Of a stretch of DNA of 64,000 nucleotides, positions 1-9,125 are shown one piece after another. The stretch covers positions 53 to 64,052 of the forward strand of contig JANPFC010000072.1 in assembly GCA_031423235.1 (NCBI GenBank), in the 5' to 3' direction. The position numbers and the translations under genes are program-made. Positions within the stretch are counted from its first letter, which is position 1, and each line of letters opens with the position of its first letter. The notes under the pieces are model-generated. The model was not told the DNA's origin, made no database searches, and worked only from the letters and a program-made list of their open reading frames with translations. The DNA comes from Chlamydiota bacterium (GTDB lineage Bacteria > Chlamydiota > Chlamydiia > Chlamydiales > SM23-39).

Positions 1-17
1 ATCCGCAAAACACAAAT

Positions 18-950
18 CTATACGATGGCTGGCTTGACGGCGTACTTTTCGTTGCCTTGCAGCGCAGCGCTATCAACAGCAAGCCCCATTGCATGCATTC
101 CGTTGTCGACGTAGAGAACTGTTCCTGTAATTGCGGATGCAAGAGGCGACGCTAAGAAAGCCGCAGCAGAACCCACTTCTTCCGCTTCCAGATCTTTAGT
201 GAGGGGAGCGTTTGCTTTTGCGTAGGCGATCATATCATCGATCATCCCAATAGCTTTCGCAGCGCGGCTTCTGAGAGCGCCAGCTGAAATCGCATTTACG
301 CGTAGATTCCATTTTCTTCCCGCTTCCCATGCAAGTGTCCGTGTGTCGCTTTCAAGCGCTGCTTTCGCAGAACTCATTCCGCCGCCGTACCCCGGAACTA
401 CTCTTTCCGATGCGATGTAGGTGAGGGAGAGGACTGAGCCGCCCGATTTCATGATGGGCCCAAAATGGGAGATTAAGCTAATGAACGAATAGGCAGAGGA
501 ACTCATCGCAGCAAGATAGCCTTTGCGGGAGGTGTCTAGGAGGTTTTTTGTCACTTCAGGGGCGTTCGCAAGGCTGTGGACGAGGATATCGATCTGGCCG
601 AAATCAACGCCAACTTGTTTGGCCACGTCTGAGACTGTGTATCCAGAAAGTTCGGCATACCGCTTGTTTTCGCGGATCTCTTGCGGGACGTCTTCCATTT
701 TGTCAAAGACCGCATCGATCGGATATAACTTTGTGTATTCGAGGAGCTTGCCGTTGCTTAGTTTTCTCGATTCGTCGAATTTCCCGTTGGCCCATGAGGT
801 TGTGAAGATTCGGACGATCGGAGCCCAAGTGCCGATTAGGATCTCAGCGCCCGCTTCGGCAAGTGCCTTCGCGATAGCCCAACCAAAACCTTGGTCGTCG
901 CCAATTCCAACTATCAAAGCTTTTTTTCCTCTCAAGTCCATTTGCAGCAT
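18..950 (-). CDS. fabI: Enoyl-[acyl-carrier-protein] reductase (NADH), plant/chlamydial-type FabI
   Basis: 310-aa ORF. Has an N-terminal dinucleotide-binding segment [29 protein letters not shown]. The segment [17 protein letters not shown] is typical of plant-like ENR. AGGAG lies 5 nt upstream of the ATG at 950. Confidence 0.9.
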   Translation of the reverse strand: MLQMDLRGKKALIVGIGDDQGFGWAIAKALAEAGAEILIGTWAPIVRIFTTSWANGKFDESRKLSNGKLLEYTKLYPIDAVFDKMEDVPQEIRENKRYAELSGYTVSDVAKQVGVDFGQIDILVHSLANAPEVTKNLLDTSRKGYLAAMSSSAYSFISLISHFGPIMKSGGSVLSLTYIASERVVPGYGGGMSSAKAALESDTRTLAWEAGRKWNLRVNAISAGALRSRAAKAIGMIDDMIAYAKANAPLTKDLEAEEVGSAAAFLASPLASAITGTVLYVDNGMHAMGLAVDSAALQGNEKYAVKPAIV

Positions 951-1084
951 AAATTCTCCTCGGATTTTCGTTGGAAAGAATAGCAGAATAATAGGTAAAC
1001 AGAAAGAAAAAATGGGCCTTTGTTAGTTTTTTCTTGATATGGAGTTTAAAAACTTCTATATGTGAGGGAGAAAGAGGTGTATAT

Positions 1085-1951
1085 ATGCGAACTATTGCCA
1101 TTGTCAATCAGAAGGGCGGATCAGGAAAAACAACCACAGCTGTGAATCTGGCTGCTGCGTTAGCTGAGGCCAAGAAAAAAGTATTATTGATCGACCTGGA
1201 CCCGCAAGCCTCTGCTTCGATGTGGTACGGCTTCAAAGATAAAGGCAAAGGGCTCTTTGATGTACTCACTGAAGATGAAAAGCTTGAGAACATCATTGAA
1301 AAAACAAGCGTCGAAGACCTTCATATCGTCCCGTCTTCGGTTCTCCTTTCCGGGGTAGAGAAAGCCCTTGCGAATGAAGTCGCATCAGAAAGCATCCTCA
1401 AAAATAAATTGGAAAGCGTCCCCAATAAACCTTGGGATTACGTTTTAATCGACTGCCCACCAACCCTCGGCATCCTCTCTCTTAACGCCTTAACAATGGC
1501 CAAAGAGGTATTAGTTCCCGTAGAGGCTCACGTGATGGCGCTCCATGGACTGGTCCAGCTACTGAGAACGATCAATTTAGTGAAACAAAGATTGAATCCC
1601 CGTTTGGAGATCGCCGGTATCTTGGCTTGCAGGGTAGACTATAGAACAAAGCACTCCTCAGAAGTGCTTCAGCAGCTCCGGACCCGATTTGAAGGAAAGG
1701 TTTGCACATCAGTCATCAGAGAGAACATCCGCCTAGCAGAGGCGCCTCTCCATCTGCAGCCGATTACAGTATACGACACCAAATGCAACGGAGCCTTCGA
1801 CTATCGGAAGCTTGCTGCGGAACTGATGGGACATGAAAATCCCCCAGCGCCAGTCGTAGCCTCTCAGCTGCCAGCCGCTTTGGGCGCTCCACAGGAGCCT
1901 ACGGCTGCTACGCAGCCGCCAGCTACTTCGTCTTCGGACCCTTGCTGCTAG
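1085..1951 (+). CDS. ParA/Soj-family P-loop ATPase with a Pro/Ala-rich C-terminal tail ending in -DPCC
   Basis: Deviant Walker A motif [17 protein letters not shown]. ParA-like core ([19 protein letters not shown]). Start moved to ATG 1085, which follows GAGGGAGAAAGAGG. No parB is adjacent. Confidence 0.85.
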   Translation: MRTIAIVNQKGGSGKTTTAVNLAAALAEAKKKVLLIDLDPQASASMWYGFKDKGKGLFDVLTEDEKLENIIEKTSVEDLHIVPSSVLLSGVEKALANEVASESILKNKLESVPNKPWDYVLIDCPPTLGILSLNALTMAKEVLVPVEAHVMALHGLVQLLRTINLVKQRLNPRLEIAGILACRVDYRTKHSSEVLQQLRTRFEGKVCTSVIRENIRLAEAPLHLQPITVYDTKCNGAFDYRKLAAELMGHENPPAPVVASQLPAALGAPQEPTAATQPPATSSSDPCC

Positions 1952-2139
1952 CGCTGCTAGCTCTTCGACGCCACCCTTCAGCGGTTAAAACCCGCTCGAT
2001 CGGTGGTAAAGATTTTTTGGGCTTTGGAGCCTCTTCTTGATTTTTTCGTTTAAAAAACACCATGCGGCTACAATAGCCGTATTTTTCGCTCTTGTCAAGC
2101 GGTACGTCTTGATGTTTAATGGGTTATATGCTAAAAATT

Positions 2140-2550
2140 TTACTGTGGCAGCAGCAGCAGTTGCTCCACATTAAGATGCAGCGATTTGATAAAGGGCCCC
2201 AGCGCAAATGTGTTTTTGCCCACTTGATTTAACAGGTTTTCTTTGCTGCTGCGGGCTACAAGCTCGACGGCTGCTTTGTTGAGGATCTCTAAAATATTTT
2301 CGGCTGCCTTATATACTTCCGAGGCTCCGAAAGCGACAACTCCGGCAAGAACAGCGGTAAAAATATTGGGGAAGATGGCGGCAAAGAAAAGGGTGCTGAC
2401 TGCTGTAACGATCGATGCTACTTTGATCATTTCTAGTAAGCGCTTTCCATTATTTCTTTGTTCGATTTGTTCTGGAGTCAGTGCTGCTTGTCTGACAGCA
2501 TTTGCTCCATCATTCATCATGTTTCTCAGTGCGTTTACAATTCCTGCCAT
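2140..2550 (-). CDS. Small membrane protein with a bilobed hydrophobic domain (Inc-like candidate)
   Basis: Start placed at MAGIVNAL (ATG 2550) with AAGGAG upstream. There is a ~40-aa hydrophobic stretch, VASIVTAVSTLFFAAIFPNIFTAVLAGVVAFGASEV, split by PN. No other motif recognised. Confidence 0.45.
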   Translation of the reverse strand: MAGIVNALRNMMNDGANAVRQAALTPEQIEQRNNGKRLLEMIKVASIVTAVSTLFFAAIFPNIFTAVLAGVVAFGASEVYKAAENILEILNKAAVELVARSSKENLLNQVGKNTFALGPFIKSLHLNVEQLLLLPQ

Positions 2551-2647
2551 AAATTCACTCCTTAGTGTTTTTTGATCGGAGAGTATAAAAAGGATCCCGT
2601 AAAAAAGCAATATTCAGGTTTAATAGAGTTAACAAAGTAGGTGATTG

Positions 2648-3055
2648 ATGACAAAGATGAAAGTCCTTTATTTAGGTGATTTACACACTGAATGCTCTCA
2701 TGAGTCTGGTGCGAAAGTTGAGACAGATGCACCAAAAGACAATGGGGGAAAAGGGGAGGCGTTTTGCCCAACCGATCTGTTTGCATTGAGCTTGGGCTCC
2801 TGCATGGTGACGCTGATGGGGATCGCCTCAAAAAAACTGGGTATTGAGCTCAAGGGGATGACCGCCGAAGTGGAGAAGGAAATGTCCGTCGCAGGCCCTA
2901 GGCGCATAGGCAAAGTGATCGTTCGGATCCGCAGTTCCCATCTTCCCAATCCGCAAGCTCGCGAAAAATTGGAGCAGGCTGCCCTCGAGTGCCCAGTTAA
3001 GCATAGCTTGCATCCCGACATCAAAGTTGAAGTCGATTTCGTCTGGGGTTTATGA
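2648..3055 (+). CDS. OsmC/Ohr-family peroxiredoxin-like protein
   Basis: About 135 aa. OsmC-like pattern: DAPKDNGGKGEAFCPTDLFALSLGSCM...LECPVKHSL, with two conserved Cys. AGGTG lies before ATG 2648. Confidence 0.8.
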   Translation: MTKMKVLYLGDLHTECSHESGAKVETDAPKDNGGKGEAFCPTDLFALSLGSCMVTLMGIASKKLGIELKGMTAEVEKEMSVAGPRRIGKVIVRIRSSHLPNPQAREKLEQAALECPVKHSLHPDIKVEVDFVWGL

Positions 3056-4023
3056 GATATCAGAATCTGAAGTCTTTTCAAAAACATCTCGCGAGTGCGG
3101 CGCCCCATAATCTTTGCCGCCTCTATCTCGTTGCGATTAGCGATGATTTTGAAAGGACTAAAGCCCTCGATCAGATTCTCTCTTACTTATCTACGCCGCC
3201 GAATCGGTTTAGCGGCGTAGATTGCGATCTCCGCGACTGTTTAGATGCGATGCAGAGCATGAGCCTTCTCGGCGAATCGATTGTGGTTCTCGACGAAGTG
3301 GAAAAACTCTCGAAAAAGCAGCTCGAGACACTCTCTCAATCGCTAAGCGCTCCTGCCGGCTATGTTTTGTTTGGAGCCCGCTCAAAAACAGCCAGCTTAA
3401 CCGCCGTCGTAGAGAAAGAGGGGGTCGTTCTCGATCTTCTTGAGGAAAAGCCGTGGGACAAAGAGAAGCGTCTTTCTGAGCAGCTCATCGATCGAGCTAA
3501 GAACGCGGGAAAAAGGCTATCTCCCGACGCAGCACCCCTTCTCCTAGAAAGGCTCGGCGTTGATCCAGCGCTTCTAGAAAGCGAGATCGACAAGCTGATC
3601 TGCTATGTTGGAGACCGCCCAGCCATCACGCGCGACGACATCTTGGCGATCTCCCCAGCCAGCCGCACAGCGACTCTTTGGCAGACAGCGGAAGATGTGA
3701 TCTGGGAAGGAGGGGAGTTCCCCGCTTTAGATTCCACAGCATTCCACGCGCTTGTCCCAGCTCTACGCAACCAACTCCATTTAGGTCTTGCCCTTTCAAC
3801 TCTCATTGAGGAAAAGTGCCCCTCCGACCAATGGACTCGCCATTTGCCGAAACTCTGGCCGAAAACTCTTGAAAAGCGGAGTTCTCAGGCAGCAAGACTA
3901 GGCTCTCCCTATTTCCGGAAAGGGCTTGAGAAGCTTTTCGATATCGAACTTCTCTCCCGCTCCAGTTCAACTCAATATCGAGCGCTCCTCGACCTTTTTA
4001 AAGCTGGACTCCATGCAAGGTAA
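3052..4023 (+). CDS. holA: DNA polymerase III delta subunit (HolA)-like
   Basis: 323 aa. Size and N-terminal clamp-loader-like layout (LYLVAISDDFERTKALDQIL..., GESIVVLDEVEKLSKKQ) fit HolA. The call rests on weak motif-level similarity only. Confidence 0.55.
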   Translation: MRYQNLKSFQKHLASAAPHNLCRLYLVAISDDFERTKALDQILSYLSTPPNRFSGVDCDLRDCLDAMQSMSLLGESIVVLDEVEKLSKKQLETLSQSLSAPAGYVLFGARSKTASLTAVVEKEGVVLDLLEEKPWDKEKRLSEQLIDRAKNAGKRLSPDAAPLLLERLGVDPALLESEIDKLICYVGDRPAITRDDILAISPASRTATLWQTAEDVIWEGGEFPALDSTAFHALVPALRNQLHLGLALSTLIEEKCPSDQWTRHLPKLWPKTLEKRSSQAARLGSPYFRKGLEKLFDIELLSRSSSTQYRALLDLFKAGLHAR

Positions 4024-4699
4024 ACTCTACTTACTTCCCAACCTACTCGAAGAAACGCTCCCCGCAGAACCGTTTTTGCCTATCAGTGTGAATGAGGCTG
4101 TCCGCTCCATTCAAGGACTTATTGCCGAAAGTGAGAAAATGGCCCGCCGCTATCTGCGCCGTTTTCTTTCCCATGACGACATGGCAAAAATGCCCCTCGC
4201 CGTCCTCAATGAGCATTCGAAAGATGTTCAAGATCTTCTTAAGCCGCTCGAAAGGGGAGAGACGTGGGGGCTCATTTCCGACGCAGGCCTTCCATGCATT
4301 GCCGATCCAGGCGCCGATCTTGTATGGCTCGCTCACCAAAAGAAGATTGCCGTCGAAACGCTCGTCGGCCCTTCATCGATTATCATGGCTCTGCAGCTCT
4401 CTGGTTTTGGCGGACAGCAATTTTCCTTCCACGGCTATCTACCTCGCGAAGTTCCTGAGCTTGAGAGTAAAGTCCGAGAACTGGAAAAGCGCTCAGGCAC
4501 CCAAATTTGGATTGAAGCTCCATACCGTTCAGCAAAAATGCTCGAACTTCTAAAAAGGGTCTTGCAACCCACAACAAGACTTTGCGTCGCCGTCAATTTG
4601 ACTACGCCCACCCAAAGAGTTGTCTCTCAAACGGTCTCCCGTTGGAAAGACATTGCGTTTATATTGGAGAAGGAGCCTGCTGTCTTCCTGCTGGGCTAA
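4013..4699 (+). CDS. Tetrapyrrole-methylase-fold SAM-dependent methyltransferase (RsmI-related)
   Basis: Start at MQGKLYLLPN (ATG 4013), overlapping the holA end. The motif GLISDAGLPCIADPGADLV is typical of the RsmI/TP-methylase family. Confidence 0.7.
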   Translation: MQGKLYLLPNLLEETLPAEPFLPISVNEAVRSIQGLIAESEKMARRYLRRFLSHDDMAKMPLAVLNEHSKDVQDLLKPLERGETWGLISDAGLPCIADPGADLVWLAHQKKIAVETLVGPSSIIMALQLSGFGGQQFSFHGYLPREVPELESKVRELEKRSGTQIWIEAPYRSAKMLELLKRVLQPTTRLCVAVNLTTPTQRVVSQTVSRWKDIAFILEKEPAVFLLG

Positions 4700-4747
4700 T
4701 TTATCTTGACTCCCATTTTGCGATCTTCAATAAGGAGGAAATAACCA

Positions 4748-4918
4748 GAGGCAATTGCAAGCCTCAGGTTCAGTCGATTTTCGGGTTCTTTTGAGCCGAT
4801 TTTCGATTTTTTTTTCGGGGGGTAATATCAGCTCTCGTATATTGCCCCCCGAAAAAAAATCAAAAATCGGCCAAAATAATCCCGAAAATCGACGAACCCT
4901 GAGGTTTGCAACTGCCTC
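4748..4918. repeat. ~170-bp imperfect palindrome (long hairpin element)
   Basis: Left arm GAGGCAATTGCAAGCCTCAGGTTCAGTCGATTTTCGGG...TTTTTTTTTCGGGGGG is the near reverse complement of right arm CCCCCCGAAAAAAAA...CCCGAAAATCGACGAACCCTGAGGTTTGCAACTGCCTC. Confidence 0.85.
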
Positions 4919-4936
4919 ACCAACCTGGAGATCTGC

Positions 4937-5356
4937 ATGATCAAGAGCGGCAAAAAAGTTTCACTCGAATATACAGTCTTTCTCGCAGATGGAACGCAGA
5001 TCGACAGCAATGTGGGTGAAGACCCGCTAGTCTTCGTCCATGGATCGCATCAAGTTTTCCCGGCCCTCGAGCAGGCCCTCATCGGCATGAAACAAGGCGA
5101 TACCAAACAGATCATGCTGAAAGCCGAAGAGGCCTACGGCCCAGTTGTCCCAGAAGCCTATAGAGAGGTGGACGTGGAGACTGTCCCAGCCCCTTACCGC
5201 TACGCAGGAGCCGTATTAGGCGTCCAAGACCCAGCGGGCGGTGTATACCCGATCCGGGTCCATGAAGTGAAGAAGGAGAAAATCGTCCTCGACTTCAACC
5301 ACCCCCTCGCAGGTCAAGCCCTCCGATTCGACGTAAAAGTCATGGAAGTGGACTAG
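4937..5356 (+). CDS. FKBP-type peptidyl-prolyl cis-trans isomerase (SlyD/FkpB-like)
   Basis: 139 aa. FKBP pattern: KVSLEYTVFLADGTQIDSN...PLVFVHGSHQVFPALEQALIGMKQGD...AEEAYG. Confidence 0.85.
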   Translation: MIKSGKKVSLEYTVFLADGTQIDSNVGEDPLVFVHGSHQVFPALEQALIGMKQGDTKQIMLKAEEAYGPVVPEAYREVDVETVPAPYRYAGAVLGVQDPAGGVYPIRVHEVKKEKIVLDFNHPLAGQALRFDVKVMEVD

Positions 5357-5372
5357 TTTCTTCGTCATATGG

Positions 5373-5405
5373 GGAGGGGTGCTATCGCTTTCCCCTCCGT
5401 TTCTC
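5373..5405 (+). terminator. Possible stem-loop terminator after the FKBP gene
   Basis: GGAGGGG-12 nt-CCCCTCC hairpin, followed by a weak T-rich tract. Confidence 0.35.
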
Positions 5406-5550
5406 TAATTTATCCCAATAATTACATCCAGTTATCGCTTGCTTGCCTCTTAGTTGCAGTTAGTTGCTATAACATTCTACTATAGTAAATTATTGATGAT
5501 ATGTTATTATAAAAAGTTTATAATATAGCTTACTGTATACGAGGTATCAA

Positions 5551-6825
5551 ATGAGCGTACTAGACCCTGTAAAGGCTGGCGAAAACATAGCCATTCTAGA
5601 AGATTATTATAAAAATTCAGAAACTGTAGATCTGTATAGAAAGGGTGATCGCCTGGAGATACTCGATTTCTCTGGCTGCTGTTGCGTTTGGTTTAGTCGG
5701 ATATATAAATGTTTGCGTGGGTTTACAAAAGTGGATCCTGCGGATCGACTTGGAGAAACAGCGCGGCTAGTCGATCTATACGCAACCCCCGAATTCGTCA
5801 AGAGCATTGCAAATGATGATAATCGCCTCCTCCCGATGGCTCGATTCGTAAATTCTTTGCGTGGATCATTGATCCAGCATATAAAAGGGCAAGAGCCTAA
5901 TGGTTTATATCCTGCAAATACACCTTTGCCTCTGGACTCAGTGCTAAAAAGGATTAATACATTTTTACTTGGTTCGCGTCCTGCCCCATCTCTTCCGATA
6001 GATATTCCAAATCCTAGAGGTTCATCCCCAGCGCACACTACAGTTTTAGGGGACGGTTCATCTAGGAGCTCTCAGATGGACCGTTGCGATAGACCTGCCC
6101 CGTTTCATTCATGGGGTTATTTTGTAGGAACATTGAGCAATAGAATACCTTCATATTTTTTGCCGGAAGAAAGAGATGCTCTGTGGGATAGACTAAGACC
6201 AAGGCGTGAGCGGGGAGTCGACCGTGGGATATTAAAGGAGACTTTCACGCAGGAAGAAACCGAGGCGCATTTTAGAGATGCACTGGCGGTTGCAGATAGA
6301 GGTGTTAAAATCAGAATTAATAGAGGAAAATGGGAATCACTTGTGCCAGGACTTAAGCGGATAGGAATTCCTGACTTTGTAATCGAGAGGATCAAACAAA
6401 CGGCCAACCTTGAAACGGCGCCAGGAGACTTTAAGCGGCATATTCAGGGACTTGCAGATTCTGAGATTTCAGCTTCAGATATAATGAAACAACGTATGGT
6501 TCAGAAGCTTCTTTCTACATATAATGAGATCGCGACAAGAGTTGGAGTGCCTGCTCTTGCATCACCTGATCAACTCCCAAGCGAATGGTTTTTTGATTCA
6601 AAATTAGATCGTAACTTTCCTCTCAATTTGACCCAATTGATTATTGATAGGAATCGTTTTCCTAAGAATGTGAATGAAGTTTATACCCCTGAATTGGGTG
6701 AAGCCATATCCCATGCTTCCGGCATAATTATTCTCGACCAAGACCGGGCTGCTGAATACAACCGTATAGCTGCATCCATTAACCAGAAGATATCTGGTGT
6801 TGGGATGATTGCGAACTACTTCTAA
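5551..6825 (+). CDS. Hypothetical protein, 424 aa, no recognisable domain
   Basis: Long uninterrupted ORF. GAGG lies before the ATG. An AT-rich ~150-bp region lies upstream. No signal peptide or TM segment seen. Confidence 0.6.
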   Translation: MSVLDPVKAGENIAILEDYYKNSETVDLYRKGDRLEILDFSGCCCVWFSRIYKCLRGFTKVDPADRLGETARLVDLYATPEFVKSIANDDNRLLPMARFVNSLRGSLIQHIKGQEPNGLYPANTPLPLDSVLKRINTFLLGSRPAPSLPIDIPNPRGSSPAHTTVLGDGSSRSSQMDRCDRPAPFHSWGYFVGTLSNRIPSYFLPEERDALWDRLRPRRERGVDRGILKETFTQEETEAHFRDALAVADRGVKIRINRGKWESLVPGLKRIGIPDFVIERIKQTANLETAPGDFKRHIQGLADSEISASDIMKQRMVQKLLSTYNEIATRVGVPALASPDQLPSEWFFDSKLDRNFPLNLTQLIIDRNRFPKNVNEVYTPELGEAISHASGIIILDQDRAAEYNRIAASINQKISGVGMIANYF

Positions 6826-6828
6826 GGG

Positions 6829-7347
6829 TTATTTTTTTCGGGCGCTAACCGTTTCGCCATTGTCGATGTTCTTGATTTTGACAGTGTAGAATAGCTCATT
6901 GTCATTTTTAAGAACCTGCACTCTTTGCCCTCTAATCCAAGCATCGCTCATTTTGGTGAAGGGGGAAACTTCAAACTTCGTATCCCCGATAGTCACTGTA
7001 TGGTCCGCAATTTTGTTGGTAAGGGCCTGTATCCGATCGGCCTGTTTGCGGTCTTTAGGTGAAGTCTTCTCACAGATGGATGATATCGCATCGGCTGCCG
7101 CGTAAAAGGGGGCTGTTTGCGCTTCTACTTCCTGCCGGTGCCGTTCATTCTCTAGTTCTTTTTCACGCTCTTTCTGCTCATTGATTAAGGCGAGCTCTTT
7201 CCGCTGATTGTACCCATCGATCACCTTTTCCCTTTCTGGCTCGGATAAGGTGGTCCAGGTGGCTTCATCGACGCCAAACATCCTTTGTTGGCAGCTAGAA
7301 GCTGCTAGGATCAAAAAAACTGCTGAAAGTGCAAAACATTTTTTCAT
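6829..7347 (-). CDS. Putative lipoprotein with a coiled-coil segment
   Basis: Start at MKKCFALSAVFLILAASSC (signal peptide plus lipobox-like ASSC). A charged helical stretch follows (EQKEREKELENERHRQEVEAQ). Confidence 0.6.
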   Translation of the reverse strand: MKKCFALSAVFLILAASSCQQRMFGVDEATWTTLSEPEREKVIDGYNQRKELALINEQKEREKELENERHRQEVEAQTAPFYAAADAISSICEKTSPKDRKQADRIQALTNKIADHTVTIGDTKFEVSPFTKMSDAWIRGQRVQVLKNDNELFYTVKIKNIDNGETVSARKK

Positions 7348-7378
7348 GGGAGCCCTAAATAAGCAAAATGCCCCTTGA

Positions 7379-7981
7379 TTATAGTGGCGGAGCTGAATAT
7401 TCAGCAAATCCCATTTCTTTCTGACGTCTTAAAGCTTCATTTAATTCTGTAACCTGCTTGGTTAATTTAACTACTTTACACTGGCTTGCGTTAAGTAATT
7501 TAGTGAGGCTTTTCACCTTTTCTTTTAGCGAATCATTTTCACTTTCTAGCTTTAGGAGATGAAGTTTTTTCTTTTCTCGGGATTTTTGCGCTGCTACTCG
7601 ATTCCTTTCAAGCTTTGTTTTAGGGGCAGAGTCATCATCTGATGAAGGGGGTGGGGGAGAGGCCTGCTTTCTTTTTTTTCTTACACTTCTAGTACGAGCC
7701 GTTTCTTCTTCAATCGGTTCTTCTTTGACTTCCGCCGCTTGAGGCTCCTCTTTGGCCTGGGCCATGGGTGCAGGGTCTAGATGCGGGGCAGCCGCTGCTC
7801 GAGCTGTGTCGATGTCTGCGAGCAGATCTCCAGGTTGCTGCTGGCTAGGATTTTCAAGCGCGGCAGACGCTGCGCTCTGGCTTCGTACAAGAACATTCCA
7901 ATCAAAACTTGTGCATCGCGTTAATGGGCTCATTGGAGCAAATAGAGGAGGAAGTGGACTGAAACCATTTAAAGCACTCAT
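7379..7981 (-). CDS. Eukaryotic-like bZIP (basic region/leucine zipper) domain protein
   Basis: 200 aa. Basic region KTKLERNRVAAQKSREKKK (aa 121-139). Heptad Leu at 145/152/159/(S166)/173/180. RKKRK cluster at 101-105. The N-terminal half is acidic and Pro/Gln-rich. GAGG lies 9 nt upstream of the ATG. Confidence 0.7.
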   Translation of the reverse strand: MSALNGFSPLPPLFAPMSPLTRCTSFDWNVLVRSQSAASAALENPSQQQPGDLLADIDTARAAAAPHLDPAPMAQAKEEPQAAEVKEEPIEEETARTRSVRKKRKQASPPPPSSDDDSAPKTKLERNRVAAQKSREKKKLHLLKLESENDSLKEKVKSLTKLLNASQCKVVKLTKQVTELNEALRRQKEMGFAEYSAPPL

Positions 7982-8048
7982 GACAATAAACCTCTGTTCT
8001 GTAATTTATGGATAGATATGTTAGTGAGTGTGTTTGATTTATATCAAT

Positions 8049-9125
8049 TCAAATTATTTCTGAGGCGACTGTGTCATAGAATAGAGTTCCTCTTTCGGTG
8101 AGCTGGAGCTGCGTCCCTTCTTGTTTTAGAAGACCCATCTCTTTTAGTTTCACGATCGCTGACTCGGTTTCCTGCGGGATCGATTTTATATCGACGCCGC
8201 TTTTAAGTCTGAGGCGGACAGCGAGAAGTTCATTGGCATTGGCGGGGTAGGGGAGCCGTTCGCGGAAGTCGACGGGGGATTGGCCGGCTTTTAGGGCCTG
8301 AGAATAGCGGTTGATGTTGGCGATGTTGCGGAACCGTTCTCCTTCCCAATAGCTAAAGGCTGAGGGGCCATAGCCGAGAAAGGGGCGGGCTGTCCAGTAG
8401 CCGAGATTGTGGCGCGATTCGTGGCCAGGGATGGCAAAGGCAGAGATTTCGTATCGTTTAAGGCCGATGGCCTCGAGTCGTTCAAGGGCGGCTGTAAGGA
8501 AGCGGAGGGAGAGGTCTCCTGTTGGAGTCTCTACTTTCCGTTTGTGGAAGGAGGTGTGGGGTTCAATGGTGAGGTTATAGAGGGAGAGGTGGTGGATGGG
8601 GAGGTCTCCGAGTTGGTCGAGGGTGTAGCGCCACGATTCTTCAGTTTGGCCTGGAAGGTCGTACATGAGGTCGATGGAGACGTTTTCAAAGCCCGCTTTT
8701 TGGGCGTTGAATATGGCTTGCCTGGCTTTTTCAGCCGAGTGGATCCTTTCGAGGGTTTGGAGCGATCGGTCGTCGAGCGATTGGACGCCGAGGCTTAGGC
8801 GGTTGATCCCAATTGAGCGGAAATGGGTCAAGAGGGCTATATCGCTCTCTTCGGGGTTGGCTTCGATTGTGATCTCGCAATCGGGGGCCCTTGGGATTTT
8901 TTCAAGGAGCTCTTGGATGCCGCCGTAAAGGGAGGGGGTCCCTCCGCCAAAATAGATCGAGGTGATCGTCTTGCCCTGCAGGAGGGGGAGCTGCTGCTCC
9001 CACTCGAGGGCTAGAGCCTCCCCCAAGAGCTTATGATGGGGAAGGCGATTGGGTATGACGTAAAAATGGCAGTACGGGCACTTCTTCGTGCAGAAGGGGA
9101 TGTGGAAGTAGAGACTGATTACCAA
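8049..9125 (-). CDS. hemW: Radical SAM HemW/HemN-like protein (heme chaperone / coproporphyrinogen III oxidase-like)
   Basis: CxxxCxxC motif in HIPFCTKKCPYCHFY, then GGGTPS. 358 aa. Confidence 0.85.
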   Translation of the reverse strand: MVISLYFHIPFCTKKCPYCHFYVIPNRLPHHKLLGEALALEWEQQLPLLQGKTITSIYFGGGTPSLYGGIQELLEKIPRAPDCEITIEANPEESDIALLTHFRSIGINRLSLGVQSLDDRSLQTLERIHSAEKARQAIFNAQKAGFENVSIDLMYDLPGQTEESWRYTLDQLGDLPIHHLSLYNLTIEPHTSFHKRKVETPTGDLSLRFLTAALERLEAIGLKRYEISAFAIPGHESRHNLGYWTARPFLGYGPSAFSYWEGERFRNIANINRYSQALKAGQSPVDFRERLPYPANANELLAVRLRLKSGVDIKSIPQETESAIVKLKEMGLLKQEGTQLQLTERGTLFYDTVASEII

